A stretch of 64,000 nt of DNA from Vicinamibacteria bacterium (lineage in GTDB: Bacteria > Acidobacteriota > Vicinamibacteria > Marinacidobacterales > Marinacidobacteraceae), in contig OY821641.1 in the NCBI GenBank assembly GCA_963555995.3, forward strand, positions 1,824,001-1,888,000, given 5' to 3'. Each line of letters opens with the position of its first letter. Within the stretch, counting starts at the first letter, position 1. Below the pieces are notes generated by a model. It searched no databases and was not told where the DNA came from. It saw nothing but the letters and a program-made list of their open reading frames with translations. The position numbers and the translations under genes are program-made. This document shows positions 1 through 9,527 of the stretch, piece after piece.

Positions 1-1
1 C

Positions 2-2965
2 CTGCAGGCCCGGCTCTACGCCCGCCTCGCCGGGGGCGGCGCGTCGGCGGAGATCGCCGTCCCCTTCTTCCGCGACCGGGTCTGGGGCGAACCCGACAAG
101 CCGGACGAACTCGACGAGAAGATCCGCGAGGCGCGCGACGGGCTCGCCGACGGGGAGTTCCCGGTCCCCGAGAACGAGATCAAGTCCTTCGACTGGCCGC
201 TCGCCATCCGCCCCGACCTCCCGGATGCCGCTCCGGCGCGCGCCCGTCCCGTCCCGGCGCCGCCGCCGGGGGCGCCGCCCCCCGCTCCCCCGGCGGCGAC
301 CTTCCGCCCCGGCGACCACGACCAGCGGGTCGCCGCCGGCGACCCGAAGCGCCACGTGGTGCTGCGCGCCTCGGCGGGGACCGGAAAGACGACCGTGCTC
401 ACCGAGCGCTACCGGAACCTGGTGCGCGCGGGCGTCCCGCCCCGGCACATCCTGGCGCTCACCTTCACCCGCAAGGCGGCGGCGGAGATGAAGGAACGCA
501 TCGTGAAGCGGCTCGCGGGCGCAGACGTCGAGGGGAACCCGGACCTCGCCGAGGTCGGGGTCTCCACCCTCGACGCCTTCAACCTCGGCCTCATCCGGGA
601 GTTCCCCCTCGACGCGGGCGTCGCGCCCGGGGTCGAGGTGCTCGACGAACGCGAGATGCCGGTGCTCCAGCAGGAGGCGGTCGAGCGGGTGCTGAGCGGC
701 GCGACCGGTTTCGACCGCCGGACGCTGGCGGAGCTCCCGCTCCTCGGGCGGAGCCTCTCCCGGCTCGACGAGATCGCGAAGACCTTCCTCGACAACCGGC
801 TGACCTGGCGCGACACCTTCGAGGAGGAGGCCGGACGGCGCGCCCGCCGGTCCAGCTCCGGGCAGCCGGTGCTGCGGGAGCGGTTCGGCCCGGTCGCGGA
901 CGAGGTCGGCCGGTTCCTCGGCGGCTACGGCGGGCCGGTGCCGCTGCCCGTCCGGCTCGCGCTCCGGCTCGCGCCCCGCCCCCCGTCCGGGGACGCGCTC
1001 GACCGGGAGTTCCTGACCGGCTGGCTGCGGCCGGACCTCAAGACCGCCCCCCGGGGCGCCGCCGGCCTGGTGAAGCCGGTGGGCCCCGAGTACCAGCGCC
1101 TGAAGGCGGTGCTCCGGGATTTCAACCTCGACTGGCGGGACGCGCTGAACGAGCGCACCTTCGGCCCCGTCTGGGAACTGCTCCAGGCGGTCGAGTCGGA
1201 GTACGACGCCCTCAAGGAGGACCGGGGGGTGATGGACTTCGACGACCTGACGAGCCGCGCCACCCGGCTGCTGCGGAACACCGGCGAGTTCGCCGAGAGC
1301 CGTTTCCGGCTGGAGGCCCGCTACCACCACCTGCTGCTCGACGAGTTCCAGGACACCAGCGACCCGCAGTGGCGGCTGCTCCGCGCCATCGCCGAGCCGT
1401 GGACCCACGGCGAGGGCCTCGCGGCGGAGGAGGTCCGGAAGGTCACCAGGGGACGGCTGCGCGAACCCACCCTCTTCGTGGTCGGGGACCACAAGCAGTC
1501 CATCTACCGCTTCCGGAACGCCCGCGTGGAGATCCTCGGCGGCGCCGAGGCCTGGATCGGCAGGGCGTTCCGCACCCGGCCCCGGAACGTGCTGTCGTGG
1601 AACTTCCGCTCCCGCGCGCCGCTCCGGCGCTTCGTGAACGACGTGGCGGGCGCGGTCGCGGAGGCGGACGCGGCGACCGAAGGGGACTGGCGGTTCCGCT
1701 ACGACGGGGAAAACGACCGGTTCCCGGAGGAGCCCGGGCCGGAAGAGGACGCCCCCGGCGGGGAGGGCGCGGCGACCCCGAGCGCCCTCGCCGTATCGGT
1801 CGCGGAATACGACGAAGAGGCCGCGAAACACGACCGGGACGCACACCACAAGGAGGCCGCCCGACGGGTGGCGGCGCGCATCCAGGCGCTCGCCGACGGG
1901 GGCGTGCGGCTCGACGACATCGCGATCCTCGCGCGGGTGAGCACGCGGCTTTCCCTGTACCGCGAAGCGGTGGAGGGGCGCGGCCTGCCCACCTACCTCG
2001 TGCGGGGCGCCGGCTTCTTCGAGACCTCCGAGGTGCGCGACCTGACGGCGCTCGCCCGCTTCCTCGCCCGCCCCGCCTCGGACCTCCGGGCGGTGGAGCT
2101 GCTGCGGTCGCGGTTCTTCGCGGTCCCGGCGGCGGCGCTCGCCGCGCTCCGGGCGGCGGACCCGTCCGCCGACACGCCGTTCAGCGACCTCCTGCGGGGC
2201 GGCGGCGCGATCCCGGGCGACCTCCCGCCCCCGGACGCGGCGGCGCTCCGGGAGGCCGGGGAACGCGCGGCGGCGTGGATCGCCCTCTCCCGCCGCCTGC
2301 CCCCCTCGCTCGCGGTACGGCGGATCCTCGCGGACACCGGCTACCTGGCGCGGGCGCGCGCGGCGGATGGCGGCGGCTTCGCCGGCCGGCAGCAGGCGGC
2401 CAACGTGGAGCGGGCGCTCCAGCACGTGCAGCGGGTCGAGCGGAGCGGCTTCGCCACCTTCGCGGCGGTGGCGCGCCACCTCGAATCCGCCGCCGCGAAC
2501 GGCCACGACGCCACCCAGGCGCCGCTCCGCGCGGCGGGAGCGGTCCAGGTGCTGACCATCCACGCGGCCAAGGGGCTCGAGTACGAACAGGTCTTCCTCG
2601 TGGACCTGAACGCCCGGACCCGCGGCCCCGGGGGCGGCCTCCGGGTGCAGGAAGGCGACGACGGCCGCTGGAGCATCGCCCTGGTCGCGGAGTCGAGCGA
2701 CTGGGAGATCCGCGACGGGGGACGCAGCAGCGCGGAGGAGCGGCGCTGCCTCTACGTCGGCATGACCCGGGCGAAGCGCGGCCTCACGCTCTCGGGGACC
2801 ACGCGGTTCACCGCGAAGGGGGCGCCCGGGAAGGCCCAGGGGCTCGCCGGCTACCTCCCGCCCGACCTGTGGCTCGCCGCCGCGAGCACCGCCAGGGAGC
2901 CCCGTCCCGAGATCGCGTGGAAACGCCACCGGCTCGCGGTGCTGCCCCCGTCGGACTCCGGGTGA
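2..2965 (+). CDS. UvrD/AddA-like SF1 helicase, 5'-partial; frame open from the window edge and includes an upstream AddB-like nuclease C-terminus
   Basis: Motifs ASAGTGKT, LTFTRKAAAEMKER, LLDEFQDT, VGDHKQSIYRFR, NFRS, TIHAAKGLEY and EERRCLYVGMTRAK. The same frame reads without a stop from nt 2 (LQARLYARL...) through a Pro-rich linker into the Walker A motif. Confidence 0.9.
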   Translation: MQARLYARLAGGGASAEIAVPFFRDRVWGEPDKPDELDEKIREARDGLADGEFPVPENEIKSFDWPLAIRPDLPDAAPARARPVPAPPPGAPPPAPPAATFRPGDHDQRVAAGDPKRHVVLRASAGTGKTTVLTERYRNLVRAGVPPRHILALTFTRKAAAEMKERIVKRLAGADVEGNPDLAEVGVSTLDAFNLGLIREFPLDAGVAPGVEVLDEREMPVLQQEAVERVLSGATGFDRRTLAELPLLGRSLSRLDEIAKTFLDNRLTWRDTFEEEAGRRARRSSSGQPVLRERFGPVADEVGRFLGGYGGPVPLPVRLALRLAPRPPSGDALDREFLTGWLRPDLKTAPRGAAGLVKPVGPEYQRLKAVLRDFNLDWRDALNERTFGPVWELLQAVESEYDALKEDRGVMDFDDLTSRATRLLRNTGEFAESRFRLEARYHHLLLDEFQDTSDPQWRLLRAIAEPWTHGEGLAAEEVRKVTRGRLREPTLFVVGDHKQSIYRFRNARVEILGGAEAWIGRAFRTRPRNVLSWNFRSRAPLRRFVNDVAGAVAEADAATEGDWRFRYDGENDRFPEEPGPEEDAPGGEGAATPSALAVSVAEYDEEAAKHDRDAHHKEAARRVAARIQALADGGVRLDDIAILARVSTRLSLYREAVEGRGLPTYLVRGAGFFETSEVRDLTALARFLARPASDLRAVELLRSRFFAVPAAALAALRAADPSADTPFSDLLRGGGAIPGDLPPPDAAALREAGERAAAWIALSRRLPPSLAVRRILADTGYLARARAADGGGFAGRQQAANVERALQHVQRVERSGFATFAAVARHLESAAANGHDATQAPLRAAGAVQVLTIHAAKGLEYEQVFLVDLNARTRGPGGGLRVQEGDDGRWSIALVAESSDWEIRDGGRSSAEERRCLYVGMTRAKRGLTLSGTTRFTAKGAPGKAQGLAGYLPPDLWLAAASTAREPRPEIAWKRHRLAVLPPSDSG

Positions 2966-3519
2966 GCGCCCGCCGCCTCCTCGCCACCCGGCGGCTCGCC
3001 CACCTCCTGCTCGAACGCGCGGCGCGGGGGAGGCCGGCGGACCGCCAGCCGGATCGGGAAACGGCGGCCCGGCTGCTGGACCCGCGCCTCGCGCCCGGCG
3101 CCGAAACCCGGCGGCGGGTAATCGCCGAGGCGCTCGCCCTCGCCCGCGCCGCCGCGGCCGCCCTCGGCGGCGACGAACGGCTGGCGGGCGAACTGCGCAC
3201 GAACCTGCGCATCGCGCTCCGGGACCGGGAGGGCAAGCCGTTTTCGGTGCTGGCGCCGAGCGTGGTGCGGCGCGCCGACGGGACCGCGGCGGTGCTCGTC
3301 ATGGTCCCGGACGGCGACCGGGGCGCGGAGGCGCGGGCGCGCCGCTACCGCTTCGCGGTGGGACGCCTCACGAAGCGCCGGGCGGACGCCTTCCTGGTCC
3401 ACCCGGACGGAACCGTCGGGGAAGCGCCCGTCAGTCGCAGCGGACCGCGCGGGGCGGCGTATCCAGACAGAGGATGTTCGCCGTCCGGCCGTCCGCGATC
3501 CGGGCGCAGGCCCCGGTGA
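2962..3519 (+). CDS. Degenerate PD-(D/E)XK-like nuclease domain resembling the AddA C-terminus, encoded as a separate ORF
   Basis: GTG at 2962 overlaps the helicase TGA (GTGA). HLLLE ... VVRRADGTAAVLV ... RRYRFAV ... ADAFLVHPDG follows the AddA nuclease layout but lacks the D/DxK residues. Confidence 0.5.
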   Translation: MSARRLLATRRLAHLLLERAARGRPADRQPDRETAARLLDPRLAPGAETRRRVIAEALALARAAAAALGGDERLAGELRTNLRIALRDREGKPFSVLAPSVVRRADGTAAVLVMVPDGDRGAEARARRYRFAVGRLTKRRADAFLVHPDGTVGEAPVSRSGPRGAAYPDRGCSPSGRPRSGRRPR

Positions 3520-3706
3520 TCGCGGCGCGGATCGCGTCGGCCTCGGTGGCGCCCTGGGCGGTCACGGTGGCCTCGCGGCCCGCCATCTCCATGGTGACTT
3601 CGCAACGCGCCTCTCCCATCGTCAGGGTGGAAACCACGAGGAAGACGACCAGCAGGGCGAAGAGCCCGAAGACGAGCCAGCCGATCCGGCGGATCCGGGG
3701 GTTCAT
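3431..3706 (-). CDS. Small membrane-anchored protein with four Cys (91 aa)
   Basis: MNPRIRRIGWLVFGLFALLVVFLVV hydrophobic N-terminus; ATG overlaps the stop of the upstream amidinotransferase gene. Confidence 0.7.
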   Translation of the reverse strand: MNPRIRRIGWLVFGLFALLVVFLVVSTLTMGEARCEVTMEMAGREATVTAQGATEADAIRAAITGACARIADGRTANILCLDTPPRAVRCD

Positions 3707-4608
3707 GCCGCGGCCCGCACCAGCGGCCGGGTCAGGCAGGTGGGGCCGCCCGAGCCGTTCTGGCTGATCTCGCCGCCCTCGTAGGTCAGCACCTCGAAGC
3801 CGGCGTCGCGCATCCGGACGTTCGTCCCGCGGTTGGCGGCGATGGCCAGGAGCGTCCGTTCCCCGAGGGCCAGCACGTTCGCCGCCATGGTCTCCCGCTC
3901 CTCCTCCACGATGGGGACGAAGTCGAACCCCCTTCCCTTCAGCATCTCCACCGTGGGAACGCCGAGGAACCGCAGGTCGGCCACCATCGTCCGGGAGTCG
4001 AGCACGCTGATCAGCGACATCAGGTGGAGGCAGGCGTGCGGCCCTTCGCCGAACGGCAGAGGCACGGAGATCACCTCCACACCGTCCTCCGCGAGGATTC
4101 GGCCGAGCTGCGCGATGCCCGCCGCGTTCGTGCGGTAGCCCTCTCCCGCCAGCAGGGTGTGTTCGTCGAGCCAGACCAGGTCGCCGCCCTCGGCGAGCCC
4201 CGGCGCCTCGACGGCGCCGATCACCGGAATCCCCTGCCCCTCGTAGATCCGGGCGTGCGCCGCAGGTTCGCCGCTCCGGCTCCCCTTGCCCATCCGCATC
4301 AGGATCATGCCCCTTCGTGACGGAAACGAGGCATCGTGGCAATAGACGGCGTCCGGGCTCAGCCCCCGGAGAGGTTCGTCCGGCTCCACGATATCCACCC
4401 CGCGCCCGACCAGCAGCGACCGGATCGCGTCGTGCTGGCGAACCGCCGCCTCCGGCGCGGGCGCATGCAGATACCCGATCTCCCGCCAGCCCGCGCCGGG
4501 CTCCCACCCGGCAACCCGCGGCCCGATCAGCAGCGCCCGCCGGAGCCTCCCGCACATGCTCGGGGCGCCGAGCGGCACGGAAGTCGGGGCGGTCGCAAGC
4601 GGCGTCAT
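3703..4608 (-). CDS. Amidinotransferase / dimethylargininase (arginine deiminase superfamily)
   Basis: PDAVYCHD, EGGDLVWLD, GYRTN, CLHLMS and C-terminal GGPTCLTRPL (catalytic Cys). Start placed at MTPLAT. Confidence 0.85.
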   Translation of the reverse strand: MTPLATAPTSVPLGAPSMCGRLRRALLIGPRVAGWEPGAGWREIGYLHAPAPEAAVRQHDAIRSLLVGRGVDIVEPDEPLRGLSPDAVYCHDASFPSRRGMILMRMGKGSRSGEPAAHARIYEGQGIPVIGAVEAPGLAEGGDLVWLDEHTLLAGEGYRTNAAGIAQLGRILAEDGVEVISVPLPFGEGPHACLHLMSLISVLDSRTMVADLRFLGVPTVEMLKGRGFDFVPIVEEERETMAANVLALGERTLLAIAANRGTNVRMRDAGFEVLTYEGGEISQNGSGGPTCLTRPLVRAAA

Positions 4609-4701
4609 CGGCTGGACGGCGGGGAGCCTATCGTGGGCTGATTCACCCACCTGACCGTCAAGTGTCGCATTTGATGTCACTAGAGATGCCCAATTGATAC
4701 C

Positions 4702-5277
4702 ATGAGCGTCCTGGAGATGACACCGGTAGCAACGTCCCTCCCGTCCGGACGATTCGTCCTGCGGATGCCTCCACCCCTGCACGAGTTGCTGCGTGGCGAA
4801 TCGAAGGCTGCCGGATTGTCGTTGAACGAGTACTGCGTCCGCCGGCTCACAACCGGCGGCTTGGTGGAAGAGGATGCCGTGACCCTCGTTTCGCGCTGCA
4901 CCTCGGTCCTGGGGGGCGGCTTCGCCGCCCTCCTCCTGCACGGATCCTGGGTGCGCGGCGACGCCTCGGCGGGCTCGGATGTGGACGCGCTGATCGTGGT
5001 GCGCCCCGAGGTCGCGCTCGACCGGTCGCTCTACCGGGAATGGGACGCGCAGCCCCTGCGCTGGCGTGGCCTGCCCGTGGATCCCCACTTCGTCCACCTG
5101 CCGGCCCCGGACACCTTCAGCGGGCTGTGGGCCGAGGTGGCGACCCACGGCCTGACCCTCTTCGATCGGGACGGGCAGCTTGGCTTGCACCTCGCGCGTG
5201 TCCGGAGCGCGATTGCCGACGGTCGGCTGCGGCGGCGTTTCGCCCACGGCCAGCCCTACTGGGCGGGGGCCGCGTAG
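4702..5277 (+). CDS. Antitoxin-like protein: HicB/RHH-like DNA-binding domain fused to a minimal nucleotidyltransferase (MNT)
   Basis: N-terminal SGRFVLRMPPPLH...GLSLNEYC; MNT motif LHGSWVRGDASAGSDVDALIV. Confidence 0.8.
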   Translation: MSVLEMTPVATSLPSGRFVLRMPPPLHELLRGESKAAGLSLNEYCVRRLTTGGLVEEDAVTLVSRCTSVLGGGFAALLLHGSWVRGDASAGSDVDALIVVRPEVALDRSLYREWDAQPLRWRGLPVDPHFVHLPAPDTFSGLWAEVATHGLTLFDRDGQLGLHLARVRSAIADGRLRRRFAHGQPYWAGAA

Positions 5278-5690
5278 TGCGGAACCCGGCGCTCGCTGCG
5301 GACCACCTGCGCCGCGCGGAAGGCCGCCTCATCGCGATCCGTGCCCTCCATGAGGCCCAGCATTGGGCCGATGTCGTCCGGCAATCCCAGGAAGCCGTGG
5401 AACTCGCGCTCAAGGGACTCCTCCGCGCTTCCGGCGTGGACCCTCCCCGCATCCACGACGTCGCCGACGTTCTGGAAGCCGAACGGGACCGCCTGCCCGA
5501 ATCGCTGATGGAGGATCTCCCTCGCCTTGCGGCTGCCTCGCGCAGCCTGCGACGGGATCGGGAACTCGCTGTGTACGGCGCCGATGACCTGACGCCCTCG
5601 GTGTTCTATCGCCGCGAGGACGCCGACGAGGCCTGGAGTACCGCGCGTTTCGTCGTGGAACGCGTGCGTCCCCTCGTCCCCGGCGACTGA
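5277..5690 (+). CDS. HEPN-domain protein (HEPN/MNT toxin partner)
   Basis: GTG overlaps the MNT TAG; VVRQSQEAVELALKGLL...PPRIHDV...RELAVYG is typical HEPN. Confidence 0.8.
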   Translation: MRNPALAADHLRRAEGRLIAIRALHEAQHWADVVRQSQEAVELALKGLLRASGVDPPRIHDVADVLEAERDRLPESLMEDLPRLAAASRSLRRDRELAVYGADDLTPSVFYRREDADEAWSTARFVVERVRPLVPGD

Positions 5691-5758
5691 GCGTCCCGCA
5701 GCCGTAGCGGCCCCGCGCCGGCCCGGATATGCTCGGCGGCCCGGAGGTCGCCCGCCCG

Positions 5759-7063
5759 ATGTTCACCCGCTCCACGCTGTCGAAACTCCTCGTCGCCGCC
5801 CTGCTCGCCCTCGGCGTGGGCGCCTGCGCCTCCGAGCCGCCGCCGTTGCCGGGCGTGACCGCGTTCACCGGCGCCACCCTCTGGGACGGCGCCGGAGGCG
5901 CGGCGGTCGAGAACGCGGTCATGGTCGTGGACCACGGACGCATCGCGGCCGTGGGGTCGGCGGACGAGGTGGAAGTCCCGCCCGGCGCCGCGGTGGAGGA
6001 CCTCGCCGGCAAGACCGTGGTGCCGGGCCTCATCAACGCCCACGCCCACGCGAGCGACGTGATGGGGCTGGAGACCGGCCACTACGGCCGGGAGAACCTG
6101 ATCCGCCAGCTCGGCCTTTACGCCCGCTACGGGGTCACCAGCGTGGCCTCGCTGGGCGGGGACGGCCCCGAGGCTGCGGCGCTCCGCGACGAGCAGGACG
6201 ACGGCCTCGACCGCGCCCGGATCTGGATCGCCGGCGAGGTCATTTCGAGCGGCACCCCCGAAGAGGCCGCCGAATCGGTGGCCCGGAGCCTCGCGCTGCC
6301 CGCCGACTTCCTGAAGATGCGGGTGGACACCAACCTCGGCGCGAACGAGCGCGTCTCCTCGGAGACCATCGAGAAGGTGATGGAACTCGGCCGGGAAGCC
6401 GGAAAGATGGTCACGACCCACATCTTCTACCTCGACGACGCCAAGGAGGTACTGCGGGCCGGGTCCGGCCTCATCGCCCACAGCGTGCGGGACCAGCCGG
6501 TGGACGAGGAGTTCCTCGAGCTGATGAAGGAGAAGGACGTCTGCTACGTCCCCACCCTGGTGCGGGAGATCTCCACCTACGTCTATGCCGAGGTGCCCGA
6601 GTTCTTCGACGACCCGTTCTTCCTGAAGGACGCCGATCCCGCGGTGCTGGAAGCGCTCCAGGATCCCGAGCGCATGGAGCGCGTGGCGAACAGCCGTTCC
6701 GCGCAGGGCTACCGCGAGCACTACCCCATCGCGATGGCGAACACGAAGGCGGTGGCCGACGCCGGGGTCACGATCGCGTTCGGCACCGATACCGGGCCGC
6801 CGGGCCGCTTCCAGGGTTACTTCGAGCACATCGAGGCGGGCGAGATGGCCGAGGCCGGCCTCAGCGCCGAGCAGATCCTGATGTCGGCCACCGGCGACGC
6901 GGCGGCCTGCCTCGCCCTTGACGGCGTCGGGACCCTGACCGCCGGGAACTGGGCCGACTTCATCGTGCTGGACGAGAGCCCGCTGGAAGACATCGCGAAC
7001 CTGCGGTCCATCGCCCGGGTGGTGATCGCCGGGAACACCGTCCCCGGCAGCGCCGGCGAGTGA
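5759..7063 (+). CDS. Amidohydrolase-family lipoprotein
   Basis: Lipobox VGAC; VVPGLINAHAH, GVTSV, FGTDTG and GTLTAGNWADFIVL. Confidence 0.85.
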   Translation: MFTRSTLSKLLVAALLALGVGACASEPPPLPGVTAFTGATLWDGAGGAAVENAVMVVDHGRIAAVGSADEVEVPPGAAVEDLAGKTVVPGLINAHAHASDVMGLETGHYGRENLIRQLGLYARYGVTSVASLGGDGPEAAALRDEQDDGLDRARIWIAGEVISSGTPEEAAESVARSLALPADFLKMRVDTNLGANERVSSETIEKVMELGREAGKMVTTHIFYLDDAKEVLRAGSGLIAHSVRDQPVDEEFLELMKEKDVCYVPTLVREISTYVYAEVPEFFDDPFFLKDADPAVLEALQDPERMERVANSRSAQGYREHYPIAMANTKAVADAGVTIAFGTDTGPPGRFQGYFEHIEAGEMAEAGLSAEQILMSATGDAAACLALDGVGTLTAGNWADFIVLDESPLEDIANLRSIARVVIAGNTVPGSAGE

Positions 7064-7094
7064 CCTCCGGCGGGATTCCTTCCCTCGCCCGCGG

Positions 7095-7137
7095 TCGTGA
7101 TGTGTTGATGACGTCTTGATGATGCTATGATGCGTCC
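7095..7137 (+). promoter_or_regulatory. Putative leaderless promoter/operator of vapBC with TGATG direct repeats
   Basis: About five TGATG units; TATGAT (-10-like) at 7126-7131 ends 6 nt before the ATG at 7138; no Shine-Dalgarno. Confidence 0.45.
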
Positions 7138-7401
7138 ATGCGCACCACCGTCAACCTCCCGGACGACCTCCTGCAGGACCTGAAGGAACTCAGCCGGGCT
7201 CGCAAGACTTCGCTCACCGCCACGGTGACCGAGGTCCTGCGAGCCGGGCTCGCACGGATCGCGAAGCCGCGCGCCAAGCGCCGGTACCGGGAGAAAACCT
7301 ACGACATGGGCGTTCCCAGGGTGGACCTCACCAAGGCGCTGCGACTCGCCGCCCAGTTGGAAGACGAAGAGATCATCCGGAAGATGAAGCAGGGCAAGTG
7401 A
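7138..7401 (+). CDS. vapB: VapB-like antitoxin (RHH)
   Basis: MRTTVNLPDDLL N-terminus; overlaps the downstream PIN gene. Confidence 0.8.
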   Translation: MRTTVNLPDDLLQDLKELSRARKTSLTATVTEVLRAGLARIAKPRAKRRYREKTYDMGVPRVDLTKALRLAAQLEDEEIIRKMKQGK

Positions 7402-7832
7402 AGGTCGTTGACGCGAACGTCCTGCTCTACGCCTCGAATCGCGCTGCCGCACACCACCGTCGGGCGCTCGCCTGGTGGGAGTCCGCGCTGGAGGGGGATG
7501 AGCCCGTGGGACTCCCGTGGGTATCGCTACTCGCCTTCCTGCGATTGAGCACCAAGCCGGGGATCTTTCCGCAGGCGCTCTCCGTGGCGGAGGCCGGCGC
7601 CAAGGTCAGGCGCTGGCTGGCGCAACCCATGGTGCGGCTGATCCGTGAAACCGACGAGCACGCGGAGTGTCTGCTGGCGCTGCTCGGCGAGACGGGGACG
7701 GCGGGCGATCTCACCACCGACGCCCATATCGCCGCGCTGGCGTTCTGCCGCGGCGCCACCGTCGTCAGCTTCGACGGCGATTTCAGCCACTTCCCCCAGG
7801 TGCGCTGGATGGTTCCGCCGCCCCTCGCTTGA
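7398..7832 (+). CDS. vapC: VapC PIN-domain toxin
   Basis: VVDANVLLYA...DAHIAALA...SFDGDF PIN motifs. Confidence 0.9.
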   Translation: MKVVDANVLLYASNRAAAHHRRALAWWESALEGDEPVGLPWVSLLAFLRLSTKPGIFPQALSVAEAGAKVRRWLAQPMVRLIRETDEHAECLLALLGETGTAGDLTTDAHIAALAFCRGATVVSFDGDFSHFPQVRWMVPPPLA

Positions 7833-9339
7833 CGTTCGCCGCTCCGTCGGCGGGGGTCTCCCGGAGGCCCCACTTCCGGCCTTTCCTCCGCGCGCGGCCC
7901 TCGCACTCCAGCTTGCGGAGCCCGGAGGTCAACGCCATCTCCGCCAGCCGGCGACCCGGCCCCACGCGCGGAACCTCGCTCGTCGGATAGACCCTGAGGC
8001 CGATGGCCCGCAGGCTCGCCGGCTCCGCGCCCAGCGCCTCGAGCACGCGCGCCTCGCGCGCCTCCCGGTGCTGGAGCTGCCCCCGGAGGAGGTCGGCCCC
8101 CGCCACCACCGGGACCCCGTGGCCCGGGTACACCACTCCCCGGCACTCCGCCGCGAGCCGCCGCAGCGAGTCCATGTACTGCCCGAGGTCGCCGTCCTCC
8201 GGCGAAATCAGGATCGAGGACAGCGAGGACACCATGTCCCCGGCGACCATCGCCCCGTAGCGGCTCTCCACGAACGCCAGGTGCCCGGGCGCGTGCCCGG
8301 GCACGAACCGCACCCCGAGGGTCCAGCCGGGCGACCCGTCGGGGGCGTCGCCGAGATCGAGCACGTCGCCCTCGCCCAGCTCCCGCACCCCGCCGGGCGG
8401 CGCGGGAATCCGCGCCAGGGTCTCGGGATGGGCGCCCGCGGGAACCCCGTAGCGCGCCGAAGCGGCGGCGACCGAGCCGATGTGGTCGGGGTGGTGGTGC
8501 GTCACCAGTACGCCCTCGATCCGGTCGCCGGGCCCGAGCAGCCGGTCCACCATCTCGAACAGCATCTCCCGTTCCGCGCGCCGCTCCGCCGCCGGGTCCA
8601 CGAGATAGCGGCGGGCCGTTCCGACGAGGACGGCGTTTGTGTGGGTGGCGGGCGGCAGCGTCCGGGTCCGGCAGGGAATGACCGCGATGCCGGGGGAATA
8701 GCGGACCGCCGGCCGCAGCCGCCCCTCTTCCCGGTTGCGGCTGCGGAAGACCGCGTTGTCGGGCGACCAGCGCTCCAGCAGGCCGATGATGGGCGGCGCG
8801 AGCGCCATCTCCCCCCCGAGCCAGGCGTCGAGCGCCGCCTCCGGCGTGCGCATCGCCGCGTCCACGATCTCGCCGGGCCAGACCGCCGGTTCCGTCCCCT
8901 CCGGCAGCGGCAGCCGGTAGAAGCGGGTATCGAAACGGAAGGGCGCCGACTCCGGGGTCACGAGGTCCTCGACCGGTGCGAACCGGGAGGCGGCGATCTC
9001 CGCGCCGGAGCGTTCGAGGATCGCCGGCAACCCGGTCTCGCCGGAGAGCAGGCCACGGCGCATGGCGTCCCACGCGGCGGGAGGCAGTTCGCGCCCCCCC
9101 GCCCCCAGGAACACCCCGGTCTCCTCGAACACCTCCCGCACCGCCGCCGCGATCCGGGCCGCTTCCTCCGTGTCCCCGGCCCCGGTCACCGGGGTGTCGC
9201 GGTCGGCCGGCGAGAGCGTCCCCCCCGGAAACGCCCAGAGGTTCGCGAACGCCTTCAGCCGGGGCGAACGCCGCACCAGCAGCACCTCGTCCCCGCGGGT
9301 GAGCATCACGGAGACCGCGCGGCGCGGCGGGTTCTTCAT
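7783..9339 (-). CDS. NUDIX hydrolase / metallo-beta-lactamase-fold fusion
   Basis: NUDIX region WAFPGG...AAVREVFEETG and RFDTRFY; MBL motifs THHHPDHIG, PGHAPGH, AGD and YPGHG. Confidence 0.85.
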   Translation of the reverse strand: MKNPPRRAVSVMLTRGDEVLLVRRSPRLKAFANLWAFPGGTLSPADRDTPVTGAGDTEEAARIAAAVREVFEETGVFLGAGGRELPPAAWDAMRRGLLSGETGLPAILERSGAEIAASRFAPVEDLVTPESAPFRFDTRFYRLPLPEGTEPAVWPGEIVDAAMRTPEAALDAWLGGEMALAPPIIGLLERWSPDNAVFRSRNREEGRLRPAVRYSPGIAVIPCRTRTLPPATHTNAVLVGTARRYLVDPAAERRAEREMLFEMVDRLLGPGDRIEGVLVTHHHPDHIGSVAAASARYGVPAGAHPETLARIPAPPGGVRELGEGDVLDLGDAPDGSPGWTLGVRFVPGHAPGHLAFVESRYGAMVAGDMVSSLSSILISPEDGDLGQYMDSLRRLAAECRGVVYPGHGVPVVAGADLLRGQLQHREAREARVLEALGAEPASLRAIGLRVYPTSEVPRVGPGRRLAEMALTSGLRKLECEGRARRKGRKWGLRETPADGAANVKRGAAEPSSAPGGSG

Positions 9340-9527
9340 CGCGGGGGAGCATAAGAGCCCGTGGACAAGGTGACGTGAACGCCGAGGCGCGCGGCGCCGT
9401 CGCCGTCAAAACGCGGCCCCCGTCGAACGTCAACCAGCGAAGTCGCGCCGCGCCTGGGAGCGCCGGCCAGTTGCCGTGCAAGAGCGGCTCCCGCGGGTCC
9501 GCCAACAGCCGTGAGGACGCTGCCGCC

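Noticed and set aside
7783-7832. 50-nt convergent overlap of vapC and the NUDIX-MBL gene as antisense regulation
   Set aside because: Short tail overlaps are common in high-GC genomes and there is no further supporting signal.
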